DNA of 46,821 nt, from the NCBI GenBank assembly GCA_001820485.1, contig MHPU01000026.1, positions 17,873-64,693 of the forward strand, in the 5' to 3' direction. This document shows positions 16,480 through 25,934 of this stretch, piece after piece (the first letter of the stretch is position 1; each line of letters starts with the position of its first letter). Source of the stretch: Candidatus Staskawiczbacteria bacterium RIFOXYD1_FULL_32_13 (lineage in GTDB: Bacteria; Patescibacteriota; Minisyncoccia; Minisyncoccales; Staskawiczbacteraceae). Under the pieces are notes generated by a model. The model saw only the letters and a list, made by a program, of their open reading frames with translations, was not told the DNA's origin and searched no databases. The position numbers were made by a program, and so were the translations under genes.

Positions 16480-17703
16480 TTAATCTGCGTCAATAAAAAA
16501 TGTATCAAATGTTTTTATTATTTGCTTAATTTCTTCAACTTCTTTTGTTATTAAATTACTTTCAGAATTATTATTTAATATGATAAAATCGGTTTCTCTA
16601 TTTTCTCCTGATTTTCCAAATATATCTATAAAATTTAATTTTTCTGTTAATTTTTCTCGATTAATCGTTGATACTTCTTTACCTTGCCTAGGATGACTAA
16701 TAATCATTATTTCAATTCCACGAAACTGTTTCTCTGTCAACAATTTTGGATTTTGAAAAATAAGCAATGGTCCATTACAATTATTTTGACAATTTATATA
16801 GTCATCTAATGATTGATCGTTCCATAAACTATTTATTATATTATAATTTTCCCAAGATTCAGGATATCTCATCGTAAATCCATATTGATAATTAACATAT
16901 ATTTTCCAATTAGATACTAATTGTTTAAAATATTCTTCTTGCTGCTTTAACTTTTTATATTCATTGTAAGAGTATAAATTGTATATTACAATTCCCAATA
17001 TTACGATTAAAAAAAGTATAATAACTATAATAGTGCTAATAAAAATAATTTTATTCTTTTTAAAGATTCCGTAAAATAAAATACTTAAAATAAATATTAT
17101 GCCGAAAATTATATTCAATATATATGAAAGTACTAATAATACATCATCACTTGACCCAAAAATAGTTAATATTACAATAATTGGGAGTAAGATAAGAAGT
17201 ACTATATTGATTATAGATAATCTTTTTATTTTAATATCTTGAGATATGCCTCTGCTCAATAATGTTTCCCAAAACCATCCTAAAAATGCTCCTACTAAAC
17301 TGTACGACAATAAATGAATCAAATGAACCCACAGGACGCCACCTTTTTCAATGATTACAAATGTTAATATTAGTGGTGTTAAAAAAATTCCCAAAAGCTC
17401 GAGATCTCTAAAATAAAAAACAATAATACTTCCCAATAAAGAAAAAATAAATCCAATTACCGCTCCTTGTTGCCACATTTTTAATTTAATTTTACTGCCT
17501 CTTATTTTATTAATGACGACAAAAATTATATCAAATAATAATCCTGCAACAACACCAAAAATTAAATAATAACAAGTCAAACCTATTATTACAGGTGGCT
17601 CTTCGCTTATTGGTCCAGTGTGTACTAACGAATAAAAAATAGACGCCATAATTCCAAAAAATAGACCAACAATTCCAAATTTTGACCAATAACTTATTTT
17701 CAT
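16480..17703 (-). CDS. Polytopic membrane protein with C-terminal soluble domain (unknown function)
   Basis: Many hydrophobic segments over ~240 aa, then a polar domain (YGFTMRYPESWENY...). Confidence 0.5.
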   Translation of the reverse strand: MKISYWSKFGIVGLFFGIMASIFYSLVHTGPISEEPPVIIGLTCYYLIFGVVAGLLFDIIFVVINKIRGSKIKLKMWQQGAVIGFIFSLLGSIIVFYFRDLELLGIFLTPLILTFVIIEKGGVLWVHLIHLLSYSLVGAFLGWFWETLLSRGISQDIKIKRLSIINIVLLILLPIIVILTIFGSSDDVLLVLSYILNIIFGIIFILSILFYGIFKKNKIIFISTIIVIILFLIVILGIVIYNLYSYNEYKKLKQQEEYFKQLVSNWKIYVNYQYGFTMRYPESWENYNIINSLWNDQSLDDYINCQNNCNGPLLIFQNPKLLTEKQFRGIEIMIISHPRQGKEVSTINREKLTEKLNFIDIFGKSGENRETDFIILNNNSESNLITKEVEEIKQIIKTFDTFFIDAD

Positions 17704-17714
17704 ATTTTTAAAAA

Positions 17715-19439
17715 TTATTTTTCTGCTGTTGCTCTTTCTATTTCTTCTATTGTTGTTTCACCTTTTAAAACTTTAACAATTCCTTCTTGCTCCATTGTAA
17801 GCATTCCTTGTTTTTGTGCAATCTTAAGGATTTGTGTATCTGTAGGGTTTTTTATAATAACCTCTTTTATTTCTTCTGTAATTTCTAAAACTTCATAAAG
17901 ACCAATTCTCCCAGCATAACCTCTAAAACCGCAAACTTCACACCCTTTAGACTCATAGATAACAAAATCTTCTTGATCTTGAATTTGCTCTTTAGCAAAG
18001 ACGGGCATACTTTTGATTCTTTCAATAATATATTTTTTTATTTTATCATTTGGTTTTGTTTTAACTCTACAATTTTTGCATAAAGTCCTCACTAATCTTT
18101 GTGAAATTGCAACTCTTAAAGTTGATGGTATTAAAAATGATTTTACCCCCATATCAATAAGTCTTGGAACAACTCCAGAAGAAGAATTTGTATGCAATGT
18201 AGACAAAACAATATGCCCAGTTAAAGCAGCATTAATTGCAAGGCCTGCTGTTTCTTCATCTCTAATTTCTCCAACCATAATAACATTTGGATCTTGTCTT
18301 AAAATCTGTCTTAAACCAGATGAAAAACTATACCCAATTTCTGGCTTTACCTGAGATTGGTTAACTCCATCAATAGAATATTCTATAGGATCTTCAAGAG
18401 TAACAATATTAACAGAATCTTGATTTAAAATATTCAAAAGAGAATATAATGTTGTTGATTTTCCAGACCCAGTAGGACCTGTAGCTAAAATTAAACCATA
18501 AGGCTTTTTAATAGCATTTTTTATTATTTCTAAATTTCTTCCCCTAATACCCATATCCTCAAAAGATCTAAGTCCCACGCCAGAATCTAAAATTCTAATA
18601 ACAACTTTCTCTCCATAAAGAATTGGAAATGTAGCTACCCTAAAATCAACATTTTTTTTATTAATTACAGCTGAAAATCTACCATCTTGAGGTACTCTAT
18701 TTTCATCTATTTTTAACCCAGCTACAATTTTAATTCTAGTTACAACTGAAGCATGAACGCTTAAAGGTAAAAAAAGGCTTGAATATAAAATTCCATCTTG
18801 CCTAAACCTAATATTTAATTTATCTCTACATGGCTCTATATGAATATCAGAAGCTTTATTTTCAATAGCATGACGCAAAATCACTAAAACCATTTTTATT
18901 ATTGGTGCCTCCTCTGCCAATGTCTTTGGAGCTAACTTTTCCTCTAGAGTATCTTTCTTTTTTTCCATTTTCCCTATTTCTATTTCTTCAATAGCTTTTC
19001 TTGTTTCTTCTTTTAATGTTCTACGCTGATTTAAAATATTTTTGAAATTCGTTATAGTAATTAAAAATACTTTATATTCAAAATTTTCTTGACGAGCTAA
19101 AAATCTTAAGGCATTTTGAGCTGGTATATTCTCAGGATAAGGCATCCCAACTTCAACAACTTTATCTTTTCTAGATAGAGGAACCATTTTATAATTTATT
19201 TCTGCTTCTTCTGGCATTATTTCTAAAACCTCTTGCAAAACATCTTCTGGCTTAACTTTTCTAAAAGGAAGGTTTAATATTTTACTTTTTATTTCAAAAA
19301 GCTTATCTTCTGTAATAAGCTTTTTTTCCAAAATTAGCTCCTCTTCTGTTTTTTGAGTAGATGCAATTTCTTTTTCAAAATTATCCTTCTCCTGTTCGCT
19401 TAATATAGCTTCTGCAAATAATTCTTGAAGTATTTTCAT
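17715..19439 (-). CDS. pilB: Type IV pilus assembly ATPase (GspE/PilB family)
   Basis: Walker A GPTGSGKSTT, IMVGEIRD, GHIVLSTLHTN and a C-terminal tetra-Cys (CKNC...CEVC). N-terminal GspE_N-like region. Confidence 0.9.
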   Translation of the reverse strand: MKILQELFAEAILSEQEKDNFEKEIASTQKTEEELILEKKLITEDKLFEIKSKILNLPFRKVKPEDVLQEVLEIMPEEAEINYKMVPLSRKDKVVEVGMPYPENIPAQNALRFLARQENFEYKVFLITITNFKNILNQRRTLKEETRKAIEEIEIGKMEKKKDTLEEKLAPKTLAEEAPIIKMVLVILRHAIENKASDIHIEPCRDKLNIRFRQDGILYSSLFLPLSVHASVVTRIKIVAGLKIDENRVPQDGRFSAVINKKNVDFRVATFPILYGEKVVIRILDSGVGLRSFEDMGIRGRNLEIIKNAIKKPYGLILATGPTGSGKSTTLYSLLNILNQDSVNIVTLEDPIEYSIDGVNQSQVKPEIGYSFSSGLRQILRQDPNVIMVGEIRDEETAGLAINAALTGHIVLSTLHTNSSSGVVPRLIDMGVKSFLIPSTLRVAISQRLVRTLCKNCRVKTKPNDKIKKYIIERIKSMPVFAKEQIQDQEDFVIYESKGCEVCGFRGYAGRIGLYEVLEITEEIKEVIIKNPTDTQILKIAQKQGMLTMEQEGIVKVLKGETTIEEIERATAEK

Positions 19440-19453
19440 AGTTTTAAAAAATT

Positions 19454-19879
19454 TTATTTTTTTAGAGGTGGCGCAATCACTTGCTGATAATAAATATTAA
19501 ATGGATTTTCTCTTCCAAGACTCTCTCTTTTTAATTCTATACTAGATAATTTAATTTCTTCTAATTTTATAACAGCCGCAGACTCGGAAACAGCTGTGAT
19601 TTTACCAGAAACTATTTTATCTAGCTCTGACATTGCATTATAAGTAAAAACATATTCAATTGCCTCTAATTGATTTAACTCTTTTAATCGTTCAGAGTCC
19701 AAAATAGAAAAATCTATATTTATATTAGGTTTCTTAAAAACTTTTTCCGCAGGCATTGCTTCTGGTTTCATTAAAAAAACAAATAAAATAATAGTAAGCA
19801 ATAAAAGCAAGAAAAATCCTGCTATTAATGAGAAGAATAAAATTTGCTTTTTTTTAGGTGAAACAAAGACTATTGCCAT
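19454..19879 (-). CDS. Membrane-anchored pilus-locus protein (PilP-like position; hypothetical)
   Basis: One N-terminal TM segment. Positioned between the pilO-like gene and pilB. Confidence 0.35.
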   Translation of the reverse strand: MAIVFVSPKKKQILFFSLIAGFFLLLLLTIILFVFLMKPEAMPAEKVFKKPNINIDFSILDSERLKELNQLEAIEYVFTYNAMSELDKIVSGKITAVSESAAVIKLEEIKLSSIELKRESLGRENPFNIYYQQVIAPPLKK

Positions 19880-19891
19880 AACTTTTTTAAA

Positions 19892-20440
19892 TTAATATGA
19901 ATGAGTTTTTATTTCTAATAAAAATGAATGATTTTGCATTGATTTATTTGCTCCTCCAATTAAATTAGGAGAAGAACCAAAAGAAATGTTAATTACTTCA
20001 AATAAACTAGCAGATTTTTCTAAAGAAAAAAGAAAGTTTTTTAAAGCACTATAATTGCCGTTTATATTTAAAGAAAATGATACCTCTTTGACAGCGTCCT
20101 TAGCGCTTATAGCTGAAGCTTTAGTAAAAAATAAATCTTTTACAATTAAACCACTTTCAGAGGTTTTTTTCTGCAAAAAATAAACTAAGGGGGCAAGCGA
20201 TGTAATATCCGGAAGAGCTGTATCGATTTTGTTTAAACTTTCTTTTCGTCTCTCTAATTCATTAGATATATTTAAAATCTCTGCATAATAAGCATACTTA
20301 GCATTGTATTCTGCTTCTTTCAAAGCAACTTCTGTTTGTAAATTCTTAAATTCTACATACTTTGGAAAAACAAAAAACCAAATTAAAGCAACCGTAGTAA
20401 ATAAAATTAAAATTGTTATTAAAAAACGACTAATTGCCAT
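19892..20440 (-). CDS. PilO-like pilus assembly protein
   Basis: N-terminal TM segment plus coiled coil (EVALKEAEYNAKYAYY). Gene order pilM-N-O. Confidence 0.5.
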   Translation of the reverse strand: MAISRFLITILILFTTVALIWFFVFPKYVEFKNLQTEVALKEAEYNAKYAYYAEILNISNELERRKESLNKIDTALPDITSLAPLVYFLQKKTSESGLIVKDLFFTKASAISAKDAVKEVSFSLNINGNYSALKNFLFSLEKSASLFEVINISFGSSPNLIGGANKSMQNHSFLLEIKTHSY

Positions 20441-20454
20441 AAAAATTTTATTTT

Positions 20455-20991
20455 TTAATAATTAGATACAAATAAAATAGGATCTAAATCAACGGTTATA
20501 CTAAATTTAATTTTCCCTGAATCCCACACAGAAGAATTCAAAATAGATATTTTTTTTACAAACTCATTTTTTTCAAAAGTAGAGATTTGCCTGCTTAAAA
20601 TATCCATATTACCCGATTCTCCAGTAAGAATAATTTTATTTTCTCTTTCAGATAAATTAATTCTAGAAAACCATACTTCAGGTAAAGTTTGGCTTTCTAA
20701 AAATGCAAAAACATTTGAAGTTGATTTATGATTGTTTAAAAATTTTGTATAGTCTGCAATTTTTTTTTGATACTTAAAAATAATTGCTTCTTTTTCTTTC
20801 TGCTCTGCTGTTCCAATTTGAAGCATTGAATCTTCTAAAACTTTGACTCTCTCTTTTTGAGAAGATATTTTAATTAAAAAAATAAAATAACACAAAATAG
20901 AAGATACTAAAAGAGATATTGCAACATAAAAAACAATATCAGAAAAAAGACTTTTCTCTTTAGTAAATTTTGATATAGAGTTTAAATCCAT
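20455..20991 (-). CDS. PilN-like pilus assembly protein
   Basis: Single TM segment after a short cytoplasmic N-terminus. Immediately downstream of pilM. Confidence 0.5.
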   Translation of the reverse strand: MDLNSISKFTKEKSLFSDIVFYVAISLLVSSILCYFIFLIKISSQKERVKVLEDSMLQIGTAEQKEKEAIIFKYQKKIADYTKFLNNHKSTSNVFAFLESQTLPEVWFSRINLSERENKIILTGESGNMDILSRQISTFEKNEFVKKISILNSSVWDSGKIKFSITVDLDPILFVSNY

Positions 20992-21108
20992 AATAATTTG
21001 CCTAATGGCCTTTCAAAATTAAATCTATTAAAAATTTTAAAGCGATTATATTATTTATTATACAATAATATAATAATTACAACAAATATTTAATTCACAC
21101 CTATATTT

Positions 21109-22194
21109 TTATTTCTTGTTATTATTTTTTAAACCTCCAAGAGCAACTCCAACTGCTACAGAAAAACCAGGTCCCATTTTTTTTAAATTCTCTTCAAGTA
21201 TAGGTGGGTACAAAAAATCAGAAAAACAATTTGGAAGCACTACCTTTTTTCCAAGACTTTCTTGAAAATATTCTTTCAAACCAGGTAAATTTGCAGTTCC
21301 ACCAGTTAAATAAATTTCTTCTACTTGCTTTTGTTCTCTTAAAAAAAACTCATTTGAAATATTTTTAATCTCCAATAAAAGTGGATCTATTAAGTAATAC
21401 AATGTTTTAGTTATTTCTTTATCTAAAGAAATAAGCCCTTTCTCATTTTTTAATTGTTCCGCTTTATCATTCGCAAGCCCCAAAGAAGATGCAATGGCAT
21501 AAGTTAATTGGCCTCCAGCAAAATTAAAACTATAACTCTTTTTTAAATCTCCATGGTCTACAACATTAATTGTAGTACTTTGAACACCAATATCAACTAA
21601 ACAGATTACTTTTTTTGTATCTTTAATCAAAGCTCTTGTAATAGCTGTTGCTTCAGCCTCTAACGCATACAATTCTAATCCTACTCCTTCTGCTACTCTT
21701 TTATAACCTTCAACAACTTGATTTGGAATTGCAATTAAAAATATTCTAATATTTGATTTTTTGTCCCCAGGAGTTCCACCAATTACTTTCCAATCTAAAG
21801 TTGTTTCTGAAATTGGCAAAGGTATATATTGAGGAGCATGATATTTAACAGCATCTGGAATCTCTTTTTCTGTCATTGGAGGCATTTCAAAAGAAATACA
21901 AAAAGTTGAATAATCAGGTACAGAAAAAATTACAGCCTTAGTTTTTATTCCAGTTTCTTCTAAAATTGCTTTAATAGCTCTTGAAATAAAAAAATCTGAA
22001 AGCATATAACTTGCTCCATCAAAAGTACGAAAAGGCTCTTCTTCTTTATAAAGAGAAACTGATTTTATTTCCCCATAATTTTCTAATGTTTTTCCACCTC
22101 CCCATTTTGAAATCTCAACAACTTTTATTGAAGCTGTTCCTATATCAATTCCTATTATTCTTTTTGGGAAAAACAATTCAAAAGGATTCCACAT
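21109..22194 (-). CDS. pilM: Type IV pilus assembly ATPase-fold protein PilM (actin-like)
   Basis: IIGIDIGTASIKVVE phosphate-1 motif, and DIGVQSTTINV plus LTGGTANLPGL actin-fold motifs. Confidence 0.85.
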   Translation of the reverse strand: MWNPFELFFPKRIIGIDIGTASIKVVEISKWGGGKTLENYGEIKSVSLYKEEEPFRTFDGASYMLSDFFISRAIKAILEETGIKTKAVIFSVPDYSTFCISFEMPPMTEKEIPDAVKYHAPQYIPLPISETTLDWKVIGGTPGDKKSNIRIFLIAIPNQVVEGYKRVAEGVGLELYALEAEATAITRALIKDTKKVICLVDIGVQSTTINVVDHGDLKKSYSFNFAGGQLTYAIASSLGLANDKAEQLKNEKGLISLDKEITKTLYYLIDPLLLEIKNISNEFFLREQKQVEEIYLTGGTANLPGLKEYFQESLGKKVVLPNCFSDFLYPPILEENLKKMGPGFSVAVGVALGGLKNNNKK

Positions 22195-22235
22195 ACTATA
22201 ATTTTTAATTTAAAATTTTTAATTTTTACTTACCC

Positions 22236-22263
22236 TTGACACAAGCTTGTTATCTGCTATAAT
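22236..22263 (+). promoter_or_regulatory. Near-consensus promoter (TTGACA-16 nt-TGcTATAAT)
   Basis: TTGACA at 22236-22241 and an extended -10 TGCTATAAT ending at 22263. Divergent from pilM. Confidence 0.6.
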
Positions 22264-22267
22264 TAAA

Positions 22268-22359
22268 ATGTGCTTGTGGGGCGTCAGCCCTATTCGGCTA
22301 ATACATAAGCCGAAGGCAGGCATAACAAAGATATCCCCTAAACGGGATGTTTTTGTTTT
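22268..22359 (+). ncRNA. Orphan small-RNA candidate (~90 nt), three-way-junction fold, identity unknown
   Basis: Helix UGUGCUUG/CAGGCAUA encloses hairpins GGGC-GUCA-GCCC and UUCGGCU-loop-AGCCGAA. Terminator ATCCC/GGGAT plus GTTTTTGTTTT (22333-22359). No downstream plus-strand ORF. Confidence 0.5.
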
Positions 22360-22364
22360 AATTT

Positions 22365-22841
22365 TCAATCTTCATCGGGATTTCCTTTCATTGTTGGAAA
22401 CATTTTAATATCACGATACGAACTTGTAGCCCAGTCAGGAATTATGCTCCAAAAATGAGCTGATCCATCACCAATTTTCCTAATTATCACTTTTATTTTT
22501 CTTGTATCAATTATAGCAATAATCCCCCAATATTTCACTACTTTTGTTTTTCTAACTCTTTTCTTAAAACTTTTAAAATCAAATTCTTTTAAACTTTCCT
22601 CAAATTCCTGAAAAGTAGTAGATAATCTTACCAATTTTATAGCAAGTGGTAAAAGTTTAAATCTCAAAATTTGTGATGATTTTTCCCTTTCAGACCTAGA
22701 CCCCTTAAAAATTATATGATTAAATCCCTCAGCTGAAAAGCATATTTCTTGCGAAAGTGCAGGAGAGAAAATTTTACTAACAGAATTATAGAATTTTTGA
22801 CTATCTTCTCTTAATTTTTCGTAGTTTGATAAATCTTCCAT
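22365..22841 (-). CDS. Hypothetical protein
   Basis: Intact 158-aa ORF in genome-typical AT-rich composition. I recognise no motif. Confidence 0.45.
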   Translation of the reverse strand: MEDLSNYEKLREDSQKFYNSVSKIFSPALSQEICFSAEGFNHIIFKGSRSEREKSSQILRFKLLPLAIKLVRLSTTFQEFEESLKEFDFKSFKKRVRKTKVVKYWGIIAIIDTRKIKVIIRKIGDGSAHFWSIIPDWATSSYRDIKMFPTMKGNPDED

Positions 22842-22896
22842 AAATAACCTATTTTGTATTTTTATTTTAAGTTAATACTCATTAACCTAAATATTT

Positions 22897-24591
22897 TTAT
22901 ACAACTTCTTGTTGATAACAACTTTCACAATACACAATCTCTGGTATATCTGGTGCATAAGAAGTTTTAATTGCCCCTCCACATTTAGCACATTTCCGGT
23001 CAAAAATTTTCATTGAATTTAATTGAGCAATACGAGCATAATCTCGACAAAGTGGACATTTCAAAGGAATGGGAATATTCATTTTCTTATAAAAATCTAA
23101 TTCCATTTTTATAATTTTATAGTTTCTACCACATAATTCGCATTTTAAAATCTCTTTAACAAGTTCATCGTTAATATCTTTTATATGTTCTAAAACTTTA
23201 ACTGTTGCTTCAACATATTCTTTTGAATCTGAATCACGCCATAAAAATCCTTCTTTAATTACCTGTTCCTTAGTCAACGGGAACCACTCAAAAGCAGTAG
23301 ATTCATTATAAATCCATGGCGACATTTCTGGCGGCAACATTTCACCATAAAAATATTTTCTACCTAATGCATCAATATATGGTGCTTCTTGCATTTGTTT
23401 TTTAATTCGTTCAACAAGATCAAAATATTCTTCTTTAGTATACTGCTTATTTAATATACAATATTCCCCTTTTCTAACTCCAACACAACCAAACAAGTTT
23501 CCCGAGTTGTGGCAACCGAAACAATATTCAATATCATGTGCACTGTAATTCCACGAACCAAATTTATTATTATTAGATCCTAAGCCAGTCCAAGTACACT
23601 CATAAACCCACTCCGCCCCGTCTCCAAAAAAAGAAAAATCATAACATTTTGCAGCAGGTCCATCTTTAAGAAACTGACAAAATTTTAAATCTTCACCATT
23701 ATTAAATAAATAAGAATCATGAACATTTTTTGAGTTAGAAATGTATTCCCCTGATACATCAAAATTTTTCCTTCCTGAAAAAGCTTTTCTTGGCTGAGTT
23801 TTCATGAATTCTTTTACTTTTGCTTTAAAATCATTTACAGATTTTATAGTTCCAAAATCGAAAGATTCAAATATTTTTCTATAATCCTCTTTTGAATATT
23901 GCTCATTAAAAATACAATATTGTTTATTTCTTAAATTAATACACCCCAAACAGCTAGAGCATCCTGATAAATCCCTTGAAAACCAGACATTTTGACATTC
24001 CTCACAATTTTCAGAATAAAAAACACTGTAACTTTTATTTATCCTTATTGAATCATAACAAAGTTCCGAATGGTTTAAGAAAGAGCAATCAAAAGAGTTT
24101 TTGCCATCAACAATAGTATTTAAATAAGCAGAATCTTCACCACCCGTAATCCTAAAACAAAGATAACAATTTTTAAGATAAGAAGCAGCATTACAATAAT
24201 CACTATCAACCATAGTAGCATGAGCAGTGTAAAGCGATGGCAGTGGAACAGTTTTTAGCAACTCATAGTATTGCTCAAAAAATGATCTTGAAAAATCATA
24301 ATCTTTCCCATAATCTTTTGGGTCCCATTTGTCAGACCACCAAATATCCTGACGATACATTTTGTGTGGCGAGCTAGGATGATGTGTGGTAATAAGCATA
24401 TCTCCTGTAAAGTCGCATTTTCGTTTATACAAAATTCTATACCCTTGCCAATTTAGTCTTCTTTTTAAACGACACTCCGGACAAAAAGTTGGTGCAGGTA
24501 CTTTCATTTTTTCGTAGAATGCAAAATCGTCTGGCTCAATTACAAAGTCCTTTTTACAGTTTTGACAATTTTTTGTTTCTGCACTATTCAT
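22897..24591 (-). CDS. Cys-rich zinc-ribbon repeat protein (paralog A)
   Basis: N-terminal CQNC..FYEKM..CPECR and C-terminal CELCG..FYKKM..CPLCR zinc-ribbon pairs. Internal repeats CxxCxxCxNLRNKQYCIxNxQYSKEEY. Alignable end to end with 25935..27614. Confidence 0.6.
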   Translation of the reverse strand: MNSAETKNCQNCKKDFVIEPDDFAFYEKMKVPAPTFCPECRLKRRLNWQGYRILYKRKCDFTGDMLITTHHPSSPHKMYRQDIWWSDKWDPKDYGKDYDFSRSFFEQYYELLKTVPLPSLYTAHATMVDSDYCNAASYLKNCYLCFRITGGEDSAYLNTIVDGKNSFDCSFLNHSELCYDSIRINKSYSVFYSENCEECQNVWFSRDLSGCSSCLGCINLRNKQYCIFNEQYSKEDYRKIFESFDFGTIKSVNDFKAKVKEFMKTQPRKAFSGRKNFDVSGEYISNSKNVHDSYLFNNGEDLKFCQFLKDGPAAKCYDFSFFGDGAEWVYECTWTGLGSNNNKFGSWNYSAHDIEYCFGCHNSGNLFGCVGVRKGEYCILNKQYTKEEYFDLVERIKKQMQEAPYIDALGRKYFYGEMLPPEMSPWIYNESTAFEWFPLTKEQVIKEGFLWRDSDSKEYVEATVKVLEHIKDINDELVKEILKCELCGRNYKIIKMELDFYKKMNIPIPLKCPLCRDYARIAQLNSMKIFDRKCAKCGGAIKTSYAPDIPEIVYCESCYQQEVV

Positions 24592-24641
24592 GTTTTTAAA
24601 TTAACTCCTGTTTATGTTATTATACAATAAATAATACAATT

Positions 24642-25433
24642 ATGAAATATCAAAAGCTTGTGAATAACTCAAAAGATTTTTTACTGGACTTGCTGTTCCC
24701 CAAATTTTGTTTAAGTTGCCAAAAAGAAGGAACTTATTTGTGCCAAGACTGCCAACATCTTTTAGAAATTTCTGAATATAATTATTGCCTTTGCGAGAAA
24801 AATCCAGTTAAGATTTTTGGTAATCAAGTAAATGATCAAACCATTCGACAAGCTCATGGCAAGTGCTCTAGTTGCCAAGATAAAAAATTAGACGGTCTTT
24901 ATTTTGCACTTCCCTACAAAGAGAAAACTTTAACTAAAAAACTTATAAGAAATTTTAAATACAAACCTTATATTAAAGAATTAGCAAAACCTTTAGCAAA
25001 AATATTAATAGAACATTTTATTTTAACTAAAAAAAATATCAATGATGTTTGGGAAAATTCTGTTTTAATTCCTGTGCCTTTATATATAAAAAAACAAAAA
25101 TCTCGTGGTTACAATCAATCGGAAGAGCTTGCTAAAGAATTATCAAAAATTTTAAAAATCCCGGTTATTTCTGATTGTTTAATAAAAATAAAAAATACAG
25201 AATCACAAATGAAACTAAAAAAAGCCGAAAGAGAGAAAAATTTATTAAATGCTTTCACAATAACAAAAAACTGTGCGACATCGGAAGTCGCACAGTTTAA
25301 AAACAAAAAAATATTTTTAGTAGATGATGTTTACACTACAGGAGCCACAATGCAAGAGTGCGCTAAAGTTTTAAAAAATGCCGGAGCCAAACAAGTTTGG
25401 GGTATAACAATTGCCCGCGAAGAGTACTCTTAA
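24642..25433 (+). CDS. comF: ComF-family phosphoribosyltransferase-fold competence protein
   Basis: N-terminal CLSC...CQDC zinc finger and PRTase motif FLVDDVYTTGATM. Confidence 0.8.
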   Translation: MKYQKLVNNSKDFLLDLLFPKFCLSCQKEGTYLCQDCQHLLEISEYNYCLCEKNPVKIFGNQVNDQTIRQAHGKCSSCQDKKLDGLYFALPYKEKTLTKKLIRNFKYKPYIKELAKPLAKILIEHFILTKKNINDVWENSVLIPVPLYIKKQKSRGYNQSEELAKELSKILKIPVISDCLIKIKNTESQMKLKKAEREKNLLNAFTITKNCATSEVAQFKNKKIFLVDDVYTTGATMQECAKVLKNAGAKQVWGITIAREEYS

Positions 25434-25457
25434 TTCGCTCACACAGGTATGAGCGAA
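25434..25457. terminator. Hairpin between convergent genes (bidirectional terminator candidate)
   Basis: 8-bp stem TTCGCTCA/TGAGCGAA. It lies directly after the comF stop and before the stop of 25458..25880. Confidence 0.5.
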
Positions 25458-25880
25458 CTATATTTTCTCAACAGTTTTCCAATCACCATCAACCCAGAGC
25501 ATAATTACTTCTACTCCCAGATTGAAACCTTCCACGGTTTTTTTAGCTAATTGTAAGTGATTTATTTGCTCTTGTTTTTCTGTAGGATTTCCAGCACAAC
25601 CAAAATGCCCCACAATTGCCACTACTTTTGAGCCATGATGATGAGTTGAAATTTCAACTCTTTTTTTTATGTTTGCAATAATTAAAGAATCAGAATTATC
25701 AGCCAACCCTTCGACTCGCTCGGCTCGCTCAGGTTTTGCTAAAATCTTATTTGGACCAGGCTCAGTTACCATATCCACATAATCTACGCTATAATTTGTT
25801 TTCATATAATCTTTTACTGCATCTTGAACCCTGCCATCCATACAATTTATAACACATGCAAATTTTTTATCTGATAACAT
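25458..25880 (-). CDS. Beta-carbonic-anhydrase-like (CxDxR ... HxxC) small protein
   Basis: CMDGRV and VGHFGCAG resemble the beta-CA zinc ligand motifs. Only 140 aa, so function is uncertain. Confidence 0.4.
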   Translation of the reverse strand: MLSDKKFACVINCMDGRVQDAVKDYMKTNYSVDYVDMVTEPGPNKILAKPERAERVEGLADNSDSLIIANIKKRVEISTHHHGSKVVAIVGHFGCAGNPTEKQEQINHLQLAKKTVEGFNLGVEVIMLWVDGDWKTVEKI

Positions 25881-25934
25881 ATATTTTTTACCTGCCTACC
25901 GGCAGGCAGATTTTTAATAATAATTTTTATTTTT

